Source: a virus. Taken from it: a DNA stretch of 56,062 nt. The translations under genes were made by a program, and so were the position numbers. Below the pieces are notes generated by a model. The model saw only the letters and a list, made by a program, of their open reading frames with translations, did not search any database and was not told the origin of the DNA. The stretch is from the IMG/VR virus record IMGVR_UViG_3300032007_000113. The stretch is one strand, 5' to 3'. This document shows positions 8,147 to 17,117 of the stretch, in pieces (within the stretch, counting starts at the first letter, position 1; every line of letters begins with the position of its first letter).

Positions 8147-8173
8147 ACGAATTTAACGAATTTAACGAATTAA
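8147..8173 (+). promoter_or_regulatory. three tandem 9-mers ACGAATTNA
   Basis: acgaattta acgaattta acgaattaa, 13 nt upstream of ATG 8186. Confidence 0.5.
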
Positions 8174-8185
8174 ATAAAAAGAACT

Positions 8186-8623
8186 ATGACGGAACAGGAA
8201 TTTGACCAGCAGGTGTGGCGGAGGTTCGATGTTGTGACTACCGACACGGGAATTGAGACGACAGTGATGAATGTATGCTTTTCCACCAGGAGCGTGCGAA
8301 TCTATGTTAAGAATGCACCGGCGGAGTGGTTACCGTTCAAACGTATTGTGGCGCATACCACGCGCAAGGGTGACACGGCAGACGAAGGTACTATCATCGA
8401 GGAATTGCACAACCGAATCCTGAAGCAGGACGAGAAGATTGCCAGGCTGGAGAATGAGAAGGCGGCTCTCGCCGAGAAGATCAGCAGGAACTACCTTGGC
8501 GAGCTGTTGAAGTCCGTGAACATGCTGAAAGAGGGGCTGACAGAGAAAAAGAGCAAACTGGAGAAGATAGAGCGCGGACTGGAATTGATAGTCAGCACGC
8601 TGGCAGCAATTAATAATGAATAG
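8186..8623 (+). CDS. hypothetical coiled-coil protein
   Basis: 145-aa ORF, heptad-rich C-terminal half. Confidence 0.6.
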   Translation: MTEQEFDQQVWRRFDVVTTDTGIETTVMNVCFSTRSVRIYVKNAPAEWLPFKRIVAHTTRKGDTADEGTIIEELHNRILKQDEKIARLENEKAALAEKISRNYLGELLKSVNMLKEGLTEKKSKLEKIERGLELIVSTLAAINNE

Positions 8624-8625
8624 GC

Positions 8626-8672
8626 GGCACATAGTGCCTAATTTATAATTAATAATTAATAATTAATAAATA
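8626..8672 (+). repeat. AT-rich intergenic element (short GC hairpin + TAATTTATAATTAATAAT...)
   Basis: ggcac-ata-gtgcc followed by taatttataattaataattaataattaataaataATG. Confidence 0.7.
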
Positions 8673-8924
8673 ATGACAAACAAGGAAGCAATCGACGGCT
8701 GGGCTAACAGTATCATCCCAGCGGTATTCAGGGCGGAGGACGCACTGCAAAAGGCGGTGCCCGAGTGGAAAGAACGGTTGGCAGCACTGAACGCAGGAAC
8801 ATCGCAAGAGGAGGGCGCAAAGGTGGCCAAGGAGTATTGTCAGGCCATTGCCCATATCATCGTGACGCAGGCCATCGACTACGAGCCCGACGGGACAATA
8901 GACGGCGAGGCAGACTTTACTTGA
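8673..8924 (+). CDS. hypothetical protein
   Basis: 83-aa ORF. Confidence 0.55.
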   Translation: MTNKEAIDGWANSIIPAVFRAEDALQKAVPEWKERLAALNAGTSQEEGAKVAKEYCQAIAHIIVTQAIDYEPDGTIDGEADFT

Positions 8925-8926
8925 AC

Positions 8927-8953
8927 ACGAATTGAACGAATTAAACGAATTAA
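8927..8953 (+). promoter_or_regulatory. three tandem 9-mers ACGAATTNA
   Basis: acgaattga acgaattaa acgaattaa. Confidence 0.5.
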
Positions 8954-9048
8954 CTTTGTGCCAGGCGTGGCACCATGATTTTAATTATATTAAATTCAAT
9001 GGCTGTCCGTTGTGAAACGCACGGCCTTTTAATTAAACAAAAGGAACT

Positions 9049-9555
9049 ATGAACAAGTATCAAGAATTATTGGAAAGACCCGAATGGAAGGAGAAACGAG
9101 AGCGAATACTTGAAAGAGACGGGCACACATGTCAGTTTTGCGGTTCAACCGACAAACAACTCCAAGTGCATCATTTCAATTATGATGCGCCAACTCCCTG
9201 GGATGTCCCCGACAAGTATCTAATCACATTATGTAAAGACTGCCACAAGAATTATCACTTCATACCACTTGGTCTTCGTGAATGTGACAAACATCTACCT
9301 GATTGTGACTGGGAAGGATTCTCCATTGAACGACTCAAAAAGCAAGGATTCAATGTCAACGGAAACCATGCCACGCTAAAATTAAATGGTTTTACCTTGT
9401 TCCTTACTCATCAAGGGGATGGAGAAAATACGGCTGTGGCAACTTTATTCAAGGATGGAAGCCCAAAACGTTATCATGAAGATGTTTTAGTAACACATCT
9501 TGAGCTTGATGATTATCTTGAGGATTATCTTGATTTTGACTTTTCAACATTATAA
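9049..9555 (+). CDS. HNH endonuclease-domain protein
   Basis: CQFCGS..QVHHFNY...CKDCHKNYH. Confidence 0.7.
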   Translation: MNKYQELLERPEWKEKRERILERDGHTCQFCGSTDKQLQVHHFNYDAPTPWDVPDKYLITLCKDCHKNYHFIPLGLRECDKHLPDCDWEGFSIERLKKQGFNVNGNHATLKLNGFTLFLTHQGDGENTAVATLFKDGSPKRYHEDVLVTHLELDDYLEDYLDFDFSTL

Positions 9556-9561
9556 GGAACA

Positions 9562-9729
9562 ATGAAAACAGCAGCTTACATCATCATGCTTGCGCTTTGC
9601 GCTGGCATCGTAGTCATGAACTACAAATTGAACGGACAGCCCCGAAAGGAGCAAGTGTATAACTACAAGAAAGGCTTGGTGAGTGCCATCATCATTGCGG
9701 TGCTCACATCGCTCATCTATTGGTTATGA
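9562..9729 (+). CDS. small two-TM membrane protein (55 aa, below the ORF-track cut-off)
   Basis: aaggaacaATG context; hydrophobic N- and C-terminal segments; ATGA overlap with the next gene. Confidence 0.45.
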   Translation: MKTAAYIIMLALCAGIVVMNYKLNGQPRKEQVYNYKKGLVSAIIIAVLTSLIYWL

Positions 9730-9929
9730 GAAAGTATCACGTAGCAGTCGAGGCATCGCCAAGTGAAAGCATCATGAGCATGGTTGGCGGTGGCTTCGGC
9801 ATCAAGTATTACACGGCAACTATCGACGACGGACAGCCCGTGAACGCTGAAACGCTCTACAATCTCATCAACGAGAATCAGGAGCGCAAGACGGGACCCG
9901 TTATCGCTTGGTCGAAGATAGAGGAATAA
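9726..9929 (+). CDS. hypothetical protein
   Basis: 67-aa ORF from ATG 9726 (track start 9720 is TTG). Confidence 0.5.
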   Translation: MRKYHVAVEASPSESIMSMVGGGFGIKYYTATIDDGQPVNAETLYNLINENQERKTGPVIAWSKIEE

Positions 9930-9962
9930 TTATTCATTATTAATTATTTATTATTCATTAGG
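9927..9962 (-). repeat. AT-rich intergenic element, inverted orientation
   Basis: taattattcattattaattatttattattcattagg. Confidence 0.65.
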
Positions 9963-10072
9963 AACGCAACGGGTAAACCACCGACGGCATATCGCCGTAT
10001 AGATAGCCGAAGGTGGCGACGGCTTACAGGTTCGCCACAATCCATGCATTACGATTAAACTTCTAAAGAGAG

Positions 10073-10843
10073 ATGAAGAAAATCAAGATGAAGGACACCA
10101 TTCTGAGTCATTACCAGAAAGTCCATGAGTTAGAGATGGACGGGTACACCGTCCGAGTGTTTAAACCCCGCACCATGCAGCGGCTGCCGGCATACATGAT
10201 GCTGGGATGGATTAAGGACAGAGCCGAGAGTGCCATCCACTACATGATTATGGAGCAGAAGGCTGAATGGAGGCTTGGCAATCCAGACTACGGCATGTGG
10301 GATGCACAGACGGTCTATCACTACGACCCGCGAGGCAAGGCTTTCAACATCTACATTGCAGCCATCCTGGTACACCCGTTCAGTCGGGAGGCTTACGAGA
10401 CCTATTGCGATATGCACGAGAGCATCTGTGACGTGAACCAGCGACTGATGATGATGTGGGACTCGCGTGAGTTCGACCGCATAGGTGGCTATGACACCAG
10501 CTACGGAGCCTACAAGGATCAGAAGAAAGCCGACGCTATGATGTACACGGTGCATGACGAAGAGGACGACGTAGAAGACCTGTCGCCCGACTTCTACCAT
10601 GAAGGCGAAACGCGGCATCCAGGACTGACGCTGAAGTTCAAGCACGATGGCGACCATGTGAAGAGTTCTGCATCGTGGCCAAAGCACGACCCGTCGTTGG
10701 TTGTGGATATGCCGGAGCGCATGGGCACCTGTGGCGAAGAGTTCGTGAAGTTCACCGAGGCGCACCCGGAGTTCAAGGAGATGCACTTCTACACGGAGCC
10801 GACGGAGTGGGAAGAGGACGAGGACGGCGGGCCTAATGAATAA
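10073..10843 (+). CDS. hypothetical acidic protein
   Basis: 256-aa ORF; last codons (CCT AAT GAA TAA) are part of the next AT-rich element. Confidence 0.6.
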   Translation: MKKIKMKDTILSHYQKVHELEMDGYTVRVFKPRTMQRLPAYMMLGWIKDRAESAIHYMIMEQKAEWRLGNPDYGMWDAQTVYHYDPRGKAFNIYIAAILVHPFSREAYETYCDMHESICDVNQRLMMMWDSREFDRIGGYDTSYGAYKDQKKADAMMYTVHDEEDDVEDLSPDFYHEGETRHPGLTLKFKHDGDHVKSSASWPKHDPSLVVDMPERMGTCGEEFVKFTEAHPEFKEMHFYTEPTEWEEDEDGGPNE

Positions 10844-10870
10844 TTTATAATTAATAATTAATAATTAATC
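10831..10870 (+). repeat. AT-rich intergenic element
   Basis: gcctaatgaataatttataattaataattaataattaatc. Confidence 0.65.
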
Positions 10871-10892
10871 AACTCATAAAAATAAAATAACT

Positions 10893-11420
10893 ATGTCAAT
10901 GATTAATTACAACGACCCCAACCAATCGTGGCTACCTAATGGGTACGACCCATACAAGGGTATGAACGAAAAGGAACGGATGATGGCTGGATGCTTGCAA
11001 GGTGTGGCCTTTGTGCTCATGATCATCTTTGCGCTGGCTATGTGCGCTTTGTTAGGTTCGTGTACCACCACGAAGTATGTTCCGATTCCTGAATACCACA
11101 CGGACACCGTGCGCATCGTTCAGCATCAGCGCGACAGCATTTACCTGTCGGACAGCATCTACGTCAACGACTTTGTGCGTGACGACACGGTGTATAAGAC
11201 CGTGGAACGCTGGCACACCCAGTACCGCGACCGCTGGCGCACGGACACCATCTATCAATCGAAGCTCGACAGCATCCCCTACCCTGTGGAGGTCACTAAG
11301 GAGGTTCCGGCAGAACTGACGTGGTGGCAACAGACACGGCTACATCTGGCTAACATCGTGATGGTTGTGCTGGGCTTGATTGGAATCGGATGGGTGGTGA
11401 AGAAACGATTGTCTTGGTAA
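10893..11420 (+). CDS. lipoprotein with C-terminal TM anchor (unimolecular-spanin-like architecture)
   Basis: Lipobox ALLGSC after a hydrophobic segment, ~100-aa beta-rich middle, C-terminal TMD IVMVVLGLIGIGWVV. Confidence 0.55.
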   Translation: MSMINYNDPNQSWLPNGYDPYKGMNEKERMMAGCLQGVAFVLMIIFALAMCALLGSCTTTKYVPIPEYHTDTVRIVQHQRDSIYLSDSIYVNDFVRDDTVYKTVERWHTQYRDRWRTDTIYQSKLDSIPYPVEVTKEVPAELTWWQQTRLHLANIVMVVLGLIGIGWVVKKRLSW

Positions 11421-11452
11421 ACCGATGGCGCGGTTTTGACCGCTATACAGAC

Positions 11453-11494
11453 GGCACGGCCTAATTTATAATTAATAATGAATAATTAATAATT
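11453..11494 (+). repeat. AT-rich intergenic element
   Basis: ggcacggcctaatttataattaataatgaataattaataatt. Confidence 0.65.
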
Positions 11495-11522
11495 CAGCCA
11501 TCAGACATCATACATCAGACAT
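11495..11522 (-). repeat. four tandem heptads CAGNCAT (reverse complement of the ATGNCTG heptads at 8.1 kb)
   Basis: cagccat cagacat catacat cagacat, 10 nt upstream of ATG 11532. Confidence 0.65.
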
Positions 11523-11531
11523 CGAAACACT

Positions 11532-13601
11532 ATGAGCTACGCAAGACACTATATCATTCCTTTCAAATCGCTCCGTGGCGGAACATCCTACAGGCTCTGC
11601 ATCTGGGATCAGACTGGAGCGGAGCAGGTGGAGCTGACGCCTGCTGCCGAGCCCTTTGTGACGCAGGAGGATGACGACGAGGATGCCTTTGCCTTCATCC
11701 GCACACAGACGGGCAGCATCAAGGTCGTTGACACCGGCGATGTGAACTGGCGTAGCATCATGCCGCAGAACGACTTGCAGAAGCCTGTGACGCTGGAGGT
11801 GATGAACTCGCCTGTATGGGTTGGCTATCTGCAGTCGGAGAGCTACGGCGGCGAGCTGTACGGCAATCCACAAGAGCGCGAGTTTGCCGTACAATGTCCT
11901 TTGTCGGTGCTAAGGGCTGTGCAGGTGACTACCCAGGAAACGGAACTGCACAACTTCGCCTACATCCTGAAGTACATTCTCGACTCGCTGCCAAGTTACA
12001 CCAATACGGCCAACGATCCCGTTGTGAACCGCGTCATAGTACAGGGAGGCTCGTACGCCCGCCAATGGCTGCTTAATCTGGTGGACTGGCAGAACTTCAT
12101 CAACCAAAGCGACGAGGACGGCGACACGGCCAAGTACAATCTCTACGAGATACTGGAGGACATCTGCCGATTCTGGGGATGGACGGCTCGCATCTTGCAA
12201 CGCACACTCTATCTGACGCGCAACGATGACAGCCAGAACAGCGGTCTGCTGACGCTGACCTATAGCCAGTTGACATCGCTTGCCAATGGCAGCACGTCGG
12301 CAGGCTCCACCAGCAGTCGTCAGTCTGCCATCCAAATCAGCAGCGGAAGCCTTGTCAGCACCGACAATGACGATTTCCAACTGCGCGGGCCGTCGAAGGC
12401 TACGGTCAAGAGCGACTGTAACGCCGAGAGCACGGTGGTCAAGTTTGCACCAAAGGCAGTGCGCGAAGAGCTGGGTGACACCTGGACGTGGGTGCAAGGA
12501 GAGGAATTCATGACGGGCTACTTCACCACACCCAATGTCCGTTCGTTCGGTCAGTCGCCATCGTCGCCGGCATACAACGTCATGCGTGGTACGTCTGCCG
12601 ATATATCAGGAGGATTCTTCGGGTTCTACTGCCGTCGGCAGATATTCTCGTCGTCGGAGGCTGACAAGGCCGACAAGGTGGACATGATTTGCACCAAAGG
12701 CTACGACTTCTCATCTCCGCTGGCAAGCATCAGCATAGAGCGTTGGCGCAACTACAGTGGCGGTTCGCTGTCGCTGAAGGGATCACTCTATGCAGGCGAA
12801 AAGATGTTCACACCAGACCTTGAATCAACTCTCTGCATGTTTGTTCGAATAGGAATAGGCAGCAGACGTAGCAATGCCAAATGGTACAGTCTTCAGCACA
12901 GCAGCGGTACTATCACCAGCCGGTGGCAGAGCACCCCTGACGTGGTGGCCATGCCAGTGAGCGGCAGTCAGCTGCAAGGCTTCACGGCTGTCAATATCCC
13001 CTCCAGCGTTGAGTTCAGCACTTGGGGCCAGTTCCAAAGCATACCATTAGACGAGAATCTGTCAGGAAAGTTGTTCATCGACTTCATGGGCATGGCCTAC
13101 GGGCCAATAACAACGTTAGGCGGAACTGTCTCAGTACAGATTGGTGACTTTGAGGTGGAGTTCAGCCGTGACGTGACATTCATTCCATCGACTACTGGTG
13201 AAAAGCGTGCGCGAGTGATGACCGAAGAACGAAAGTCGTCGCGTGAATATGTCAGCGAGAGCGACGGCCAGACGCACGACGAATGGAATGCCGACTGCAT
13301 CTATGCCTCCGACAACAACATGGAGTATGGCTACGGCCTGTTGCAGTTGCCTGATGGCGGTTTCATGGAGAAAGCACCATACTACACCGGCAACGAATAT
13401 CCCGAGAAGCATTTGGCAAACCGTGTGGTGGCATACTGGCAGCAAGCCAAGCGCAAACTGTCGTTAGAAGTGACGCAGGAAAGTGCAGCGGTCGTCACTC
13501 CCGTGACACTGGTGGTGATGGACGGCACAACATGCCAAGTGCTCAGCATAGCGCACAACTGGTGCGACGACGTGGTGACGCTGGGCCTTCTTGGATTGTG
13601 A
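11532..13601 (+). CDS. large virion structural protein (tail/baseplate candidate)
   Basis: 689-aa ORF heading the fibre-gene cluster; no specific motif recognised. Confidence 0.5.
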   Translation: MSYARHYIIPFKSLRGGTSYRLCIWDQTGAEQVELTPAAEPFVTQEDDDEDAFAFIRTQTGSIKVVDTGDVNWRSIMPQNDLQKPVTLEVMNSPVWVGYLQSESYGGELYGNPQEREFAVQCPLSVLRAVQVTTQETELHNFAYILKYILDSLPSYTNTANDPVVNRVIVQGGSYARQWLLNLVDWQNFINQSDEDGDTAKYNLYEILEDICRFWGWTARILQRTLYLTRNDDSQNSGLLTLTYSQLTSLANGSTSAGSTSSRQSAIQISSGSLVSTDNDDFQLRGPSKATVKSDCNAESTVVKFAPKAVREELGDTWTWVQGEEFMTGYFTTPNVRSFGQSPSSPAYNVMRGTSADISGGFFGFYCRRQIFSSSEADKADKVDMICTKGYDFSSPLASISIERWRNYSGGSLSLKGSLYAGEKMFTPDLESTLCMFVRIGIGSRRSNAKWYSLQHSSGTITSRWQSTPDVVAMPVSGSQLQGFTAVNIPSSVEFSTWGQFQSIPLDENLSGKLFIDFMGMAYGPITTLGGTVSVQIGDFEVEFSRDVTFIPSTTGEKRARVMTEERKSSREYVSESDGQTHDEWNADCIYASDNNMEYGYGLLQLPDGGFMEKAPYYTGNEYPEKHLANRVVAYWQQAKRKLSLEVTQESAAVVTPVTLVVMDGTTCQVLSIAHNWCDDVVTLGLLGL

Positions 13602-13603
13602 CG

Positions 13604-13657
13604 GCGGCACAAGGCCTAATTTATAATTATTAATTATTAATTATTCATTATTAATTG
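13604..13657 (+). repeat. AT-rich intergenic element
   Basis: ggcacaaggcctaatttataattattaattattaattattcattattaatt. Confidence 0.65.
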
Positions 13658-13664
13658 AAAAAGT

Positions 13665-15221
13665 ATGGTCAAGGTACTAAATAGGGAAGGCATACAGCGC
13701 ATGGTGGGGCGCACGACAGGCAGCGGTGGCTCTGGCGGCAGCAGCGAGGGCGGCGGTGGCATCAGCATCGCCCAAGTCGATGCGGCATACGTCAGCAAGG
13801 CATTCTTTGACCAGCTGTTCACCGTCCACGGCAAGCGCACCTATACTGACCCCGACACGCAGGAGGAGGTGACGGAAGATGTCATCATCAGTCCAAACCA
13901 GATAGCGGAAGGCGAATACAGCCTGTCTAACGTAGAGGTCAGCGTAGGCCTGTGGACGCAGCAGTTCCTTTCGGCCCTCGGACTGAACAGCGGCGGAGGT
14001 GGCGGAGGCGCAACGGCTCTGACGGACCTTGTTGACGTAGCCCTCAGCAACCCGCAGAACGGGCAGGTGCTGATGTATAACAGCAGCACGGGAAAGTGGT
14101 ACAACGGCACCGTGCAGAGCGGAGGTGGCGGCACCGTGACCAGCATCACGGCAGGCACAGGACTGTCTGGTGGCACCATTACATCCAGCGGCACCATTGC
14201 ACTGAACCAAGAGACGCTGACGGCGATTGCTGCTGGAGCAACGGCATACGGTTGGGGCGACCATGCACAGGCCGGCTACCTCAAGCAGTCGGCACTCACT
14301 GGCTATGCCACCCAGCAGTGGGTAGGGCAGCAGGGATTCCTGAAGGCATCAGACCTTAATGGCTATGCCACCCAGCAGTGGGTACAGCAGCAGGGATTCC
14401 TGAAGGCATCAGACCTTAATGGCTATGCCACCCAGCAGTGGGTACAGCAGCAAGGCTATCTGACCAGTCATCAGAGCGTAGACGGCACATTCTGGGGCCA
14501 GTCGTGGAGCAACCACGGAAGTGTGTCGGGCGATATGACCAACGTCGGTGTTATATACCAGACAGGAAATTTCATATTAATGCACCAGGAAGGTATCGGC
14601 CTAATGATTGAAGGAAGTGCCGTAACGGGGAGCGAGTATCGTGCAACATTCGGATTCCATCCAGCGGGAGATTTTTCATGGCTGGACAACAACGTCATCA
14701 TGCAGCTAAAAGCCAACACTTCAACAGGTGAATACCTTGTGCATATAAACAATGGTATCCTACAGATTGGCGATGCCCGTCTGGTATGGGACTATGCCAA
14801 CAACGCACTGAAGGCCATTAAAGCCGATGGTACATCCCTCAACTTTTACGCCACCGGCGGCGTGTCGGCCCTGGGCATGTCGGCAGGTGTGTCCACTGTC
14901 GATGCCATGACGTTCAACTACGTCACCATCAATAACAACCTCGAATTCGGGGCCGCGTCGCGCATAACGCACGCTGTCACCAACGATGACCGCACGCTCT
15001 ATATCGGTAATTCTAACAACTCTGGATGGGTGGCACTCCAAGACGTTTGCTCGCAACGTGGTGAATCTTATTGGAAAATCATGGCCAACGGCGAGGCATT
15101 ATTTGCGGAGAAAGTGCAATCCCCGAAATTCTATCTCGACAGCACGCGATATCTTTACATCAACGGCGGCACGCTCTACTACTACAACGGTTCAACTTCA
15201 CGTCAAATAGCATTCGCATAG
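13665..15221 (+). CDS. tail-fibre-like protein with Gly-runs and 20-aa tandem repeats
   Basis: GSGGSGGSSEGGGG, GGGGGG runs; LNGYATQQWVQQQGFLKASD repeated three times. Confidence 0.65.
   Translation: MVKVLNREGIQRMVGRTTGSGGSGGSSEGGGGISIAQVDAAYVSKAFFDQLFTVHGKRTYTDPDTQEEVTEDVIISPNQIAEGEYSLSNVEVSVGLWTQQFLSALGLNSGGGGGGATALTDLVDVALSNPQNGQVLMYNSSTGKWYNGTVQSGGGGTVTSITAGTGLSGGTITSSGTIALNQETLTAIAAGATAYGWGDHAQAGYLKQSALTGYATQQWVGQQGFLKASDLNGYATQQWVQQQGFLKASDLNGYATQQWVQQQGYLTSHQSVDGTFWGQSWSNHGSVSGDMTNVGVIYQTGNFILMHQEGIGLMIEGSAVTGSEYRATFGFHPAGDFSWLDNNVIMQLKANTSTGEYLVHINNGILQIGDARLVWDYANNALKAIKADGTSLNFYATGGVSALGMSAGVSTVDAMTFNYVTINNNLEFGAASRITHAVTNDDRTLYIGNSNNSGWVALQDVCSQRGESYWKIMANGEALFAEKVQSPKFYLDSTRYLYINGGTLYYYNGSTSRQIAFA
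14301..14455 (+). repeat. 2.6 tandem copies of a 60-bp unit inside the fibre gene
   Basis: ggctatgccacccagcagtgggta(g/c)(g/a)gcagcagggattcctgaaggcatcagaccttaat. Confidence 0.9.
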
Positions 15222-15223
15222 GC

Positions 15224-15260
15224 GACACATAGTGTCTAATTAATAATTAATAATGAATAA
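15224..15260 (+). repeat. AT-rich intergenic element
   Basis: gacac-ata-gtgtc then taattaataattaataatgaataa. Confidence 0.65.
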
Positions 15261-15269
15261 AGAACTATT

Positions 15270-16568
15270 ATGGCATACAATCCAACAACAGGACTCATCA
15301 CTCCACCAGTCAGCATCAATGATGTCCAGCGGGCACTCGGCATCGGAGGAGGCGGCGACGTTGGCACACTGATAAGAAATGGCAACATCAACATGTGGGC
15401 AAAATACAAGCCAGTTCCTTACCGCAAATTCAGTGTGATGACGGACGCAGACTTTGCGGATGCCGAGTACGGACTGAGCATCCCGTTATACTCCAAGCTG
15501 TACGACATGTGTACTGCTGTTGTGAACGGAACCGCAGGATGGTCATACGACAAGCCGGCTGGAGGCCTGAACACATCATACCGCTTGCACGACTTTGCAA
15601 ACTACGATCATGATGTCAGCAAGTGGATGCTCGACAACAAATGGAACATCATACTGGGTGGCACTGTATGGATAGGCAACGGCCCGAAAGATAACATGGA
15701 AGTGTACTACAACGACCGCGTTATCTTCACCGTCCCGAGAAATGATGACGGACAACTGGAATACGGAAAACTGCTGTACATTGACGACTTTGACGACATA
15801 GACCTGTCGTCAGCCGGATACATGAAGGACTGGTATGGTGGCATTGCATTCTATTGCATAGAGGAGCAGACCATGCAGAGGTGTAACTGGATAGTCAGTG
15901 ACCAGAAGATAGGCACAAATGGCATAGACATCTTTGAGCGCATCAAGACCAAGAATGCCATTGGCGGTCTGTCCGTCGGACGCTATGCCGTGATACCTTT
16001 CATCACCGATGGAACAGGAGTGACGAAAGGGCAATGGTATGCGGGTAACTTTACAGCAGGATGTGTAAGTTTGAACAATGCCAAATTCATTGTCGTTCGC
16101 AGTAGTGAGAGCGCACAGCAGGAAAAACTAAAAGACCTGACCATTACCGTCACGTCGCTGACCTCATCAGGAGGCAATTCGGTGGTCACAGTCCAGTTCG
16201 AGAACAACCGAACCACGGCATACAGCCTAAGCGAGGCATACCTGCTGCTGGCATCCTTAGAAAGCTATGACACCTACGACAACCCGTGGGATGCAGGATG
16301 GATAGACCAGACATCGACAGCGTATGGCAGTGTGACCTACGTCGACCAAATACGCCAAGACTCATGCTATACGAGTGCCAATGTAGGCACACGAAAGCGA
16401 TACGCACGGACGCTGAACCTGCAGATGACCAGCATACCAACAGGAACAACCACTCGCACGTTCACCGTTCCTGGCACAGGCGACAGTTATGGCACCTTTG
16501 ACAAAGACTATAGTCCATTCTTCTGCATGGACTTCAATGAGACCGACATAGGTCGTATAGTAATGTAA
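15270..16568 (+). CDS. virion structural protein candidate (fibre/receptor-binding region)
   Basis: 432-aa ORF following the fibre gene. Confidence 0.5.
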   Translation: MAYNPTTGLITPPVSINDVQRALGIGGGGDVGTLIRNGNINMWAKYKPVPYRKFSVMTDADFADAEYGLSIPLYSKLYDMCTAVVNGTAGWSYDKPAGGLNTSYRLHDFANYDHDVSKWMLDNKWNIILGGTVWIGNGPKDNMEVYYNDRVIFTVPRNDDGQLEYGKLLYIDDFDDIDLSSAGYMKDWYGGIAFYCIEEQTMQRCNWIVSDQKIGTNGIDIFERIKTKNAIGGLSVGRYAVIPFITDGTGVTKGQWYAGNFTAGCVSLNNAKFIVVRSSESAQQEKLKDLTITVTSLTSSGGNSVVTVQFENNRTTAYSLSEAYLLLASLESYDTYDNPWDAGWIDQTSTAYGSVTYVDQIRQDSCYTSANVGTRKRYARTLNLQMTSIPTGTTTRTFTVPGTGDSYGTFDKDYSPFFCMDFNETDIGRIVM

Positions 16569-16590
16569 AACCCTTTAAAACTTCAAAATT

Positions 16591-17070
16591 ATGACGACTT
16601 TTTTGGCAACTATTTCCGTTCTACTGATTGCGGCTGCAATGACCGTATCATGTATTCTTAACAAGAAGGCAATACCAATGTCATATTGCGAAACGGCAGA
16701 CTACACAAACTGGCCGCTGAGAACCGTTTGGTACGCCTTCATGATGTCTGCCATCGTGACAGCTGCCTTTCCACTGATGAAGGCCGCTGGCCCAGGCACG
16801 CAGTTTTTGGTGTGGATTGCATGTGCGTCGGCATTGATAGCCGTAGTATGCACGTTTGGAGATGAAAAGATTGACTACATCTGCTACACCATCGCCACCA
16901 TTGCGTTCTATCTGGCGGGGCTGGCCCTGATGCTGTGCAACACTTGGTGGCTGGCAGTGCTGCCGATTGGCGCATTCGTCTATAGCGTCATCAAGAATGA
17001 CTTGCACTGGCGACTCTACACCACAACGGCATTCGTGCTGGCATTATACATCTACGCAATAACGCGGTAG
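16591..17070 (+). CDS. multi-pass membrane protein
   Basis: 159 aa with about five hydrophobic segments. Confidence 0.6.
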   Translation: MTTFLATISVLLIAAAMTVSCILNKKAIPMSYCETADYTNWPLRTVWYAFMMSAIVTAAFPLMKAAGPGTQFLVWIACASALIAVVCTFGDEKIDYICYTIATIAFYLAGLALMLCNTWWLAVLPIGAFVYSVIKNDLHWRLYTTTAFVLALYIYAITR

Positions 17071-17071
17071 C

Positions 17072-17106
17072 TATTTATTCATTATTCATTATTAATTATT
17101 AATTAA
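17072..17106 (-). repeat. AT-rich intergenic element, inverted orientation
   Basis: tatttattcattattcattattaattattaattaa. Confidence 0.6.
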
Positions 17107-17117
17107 CAAAGTGTACT

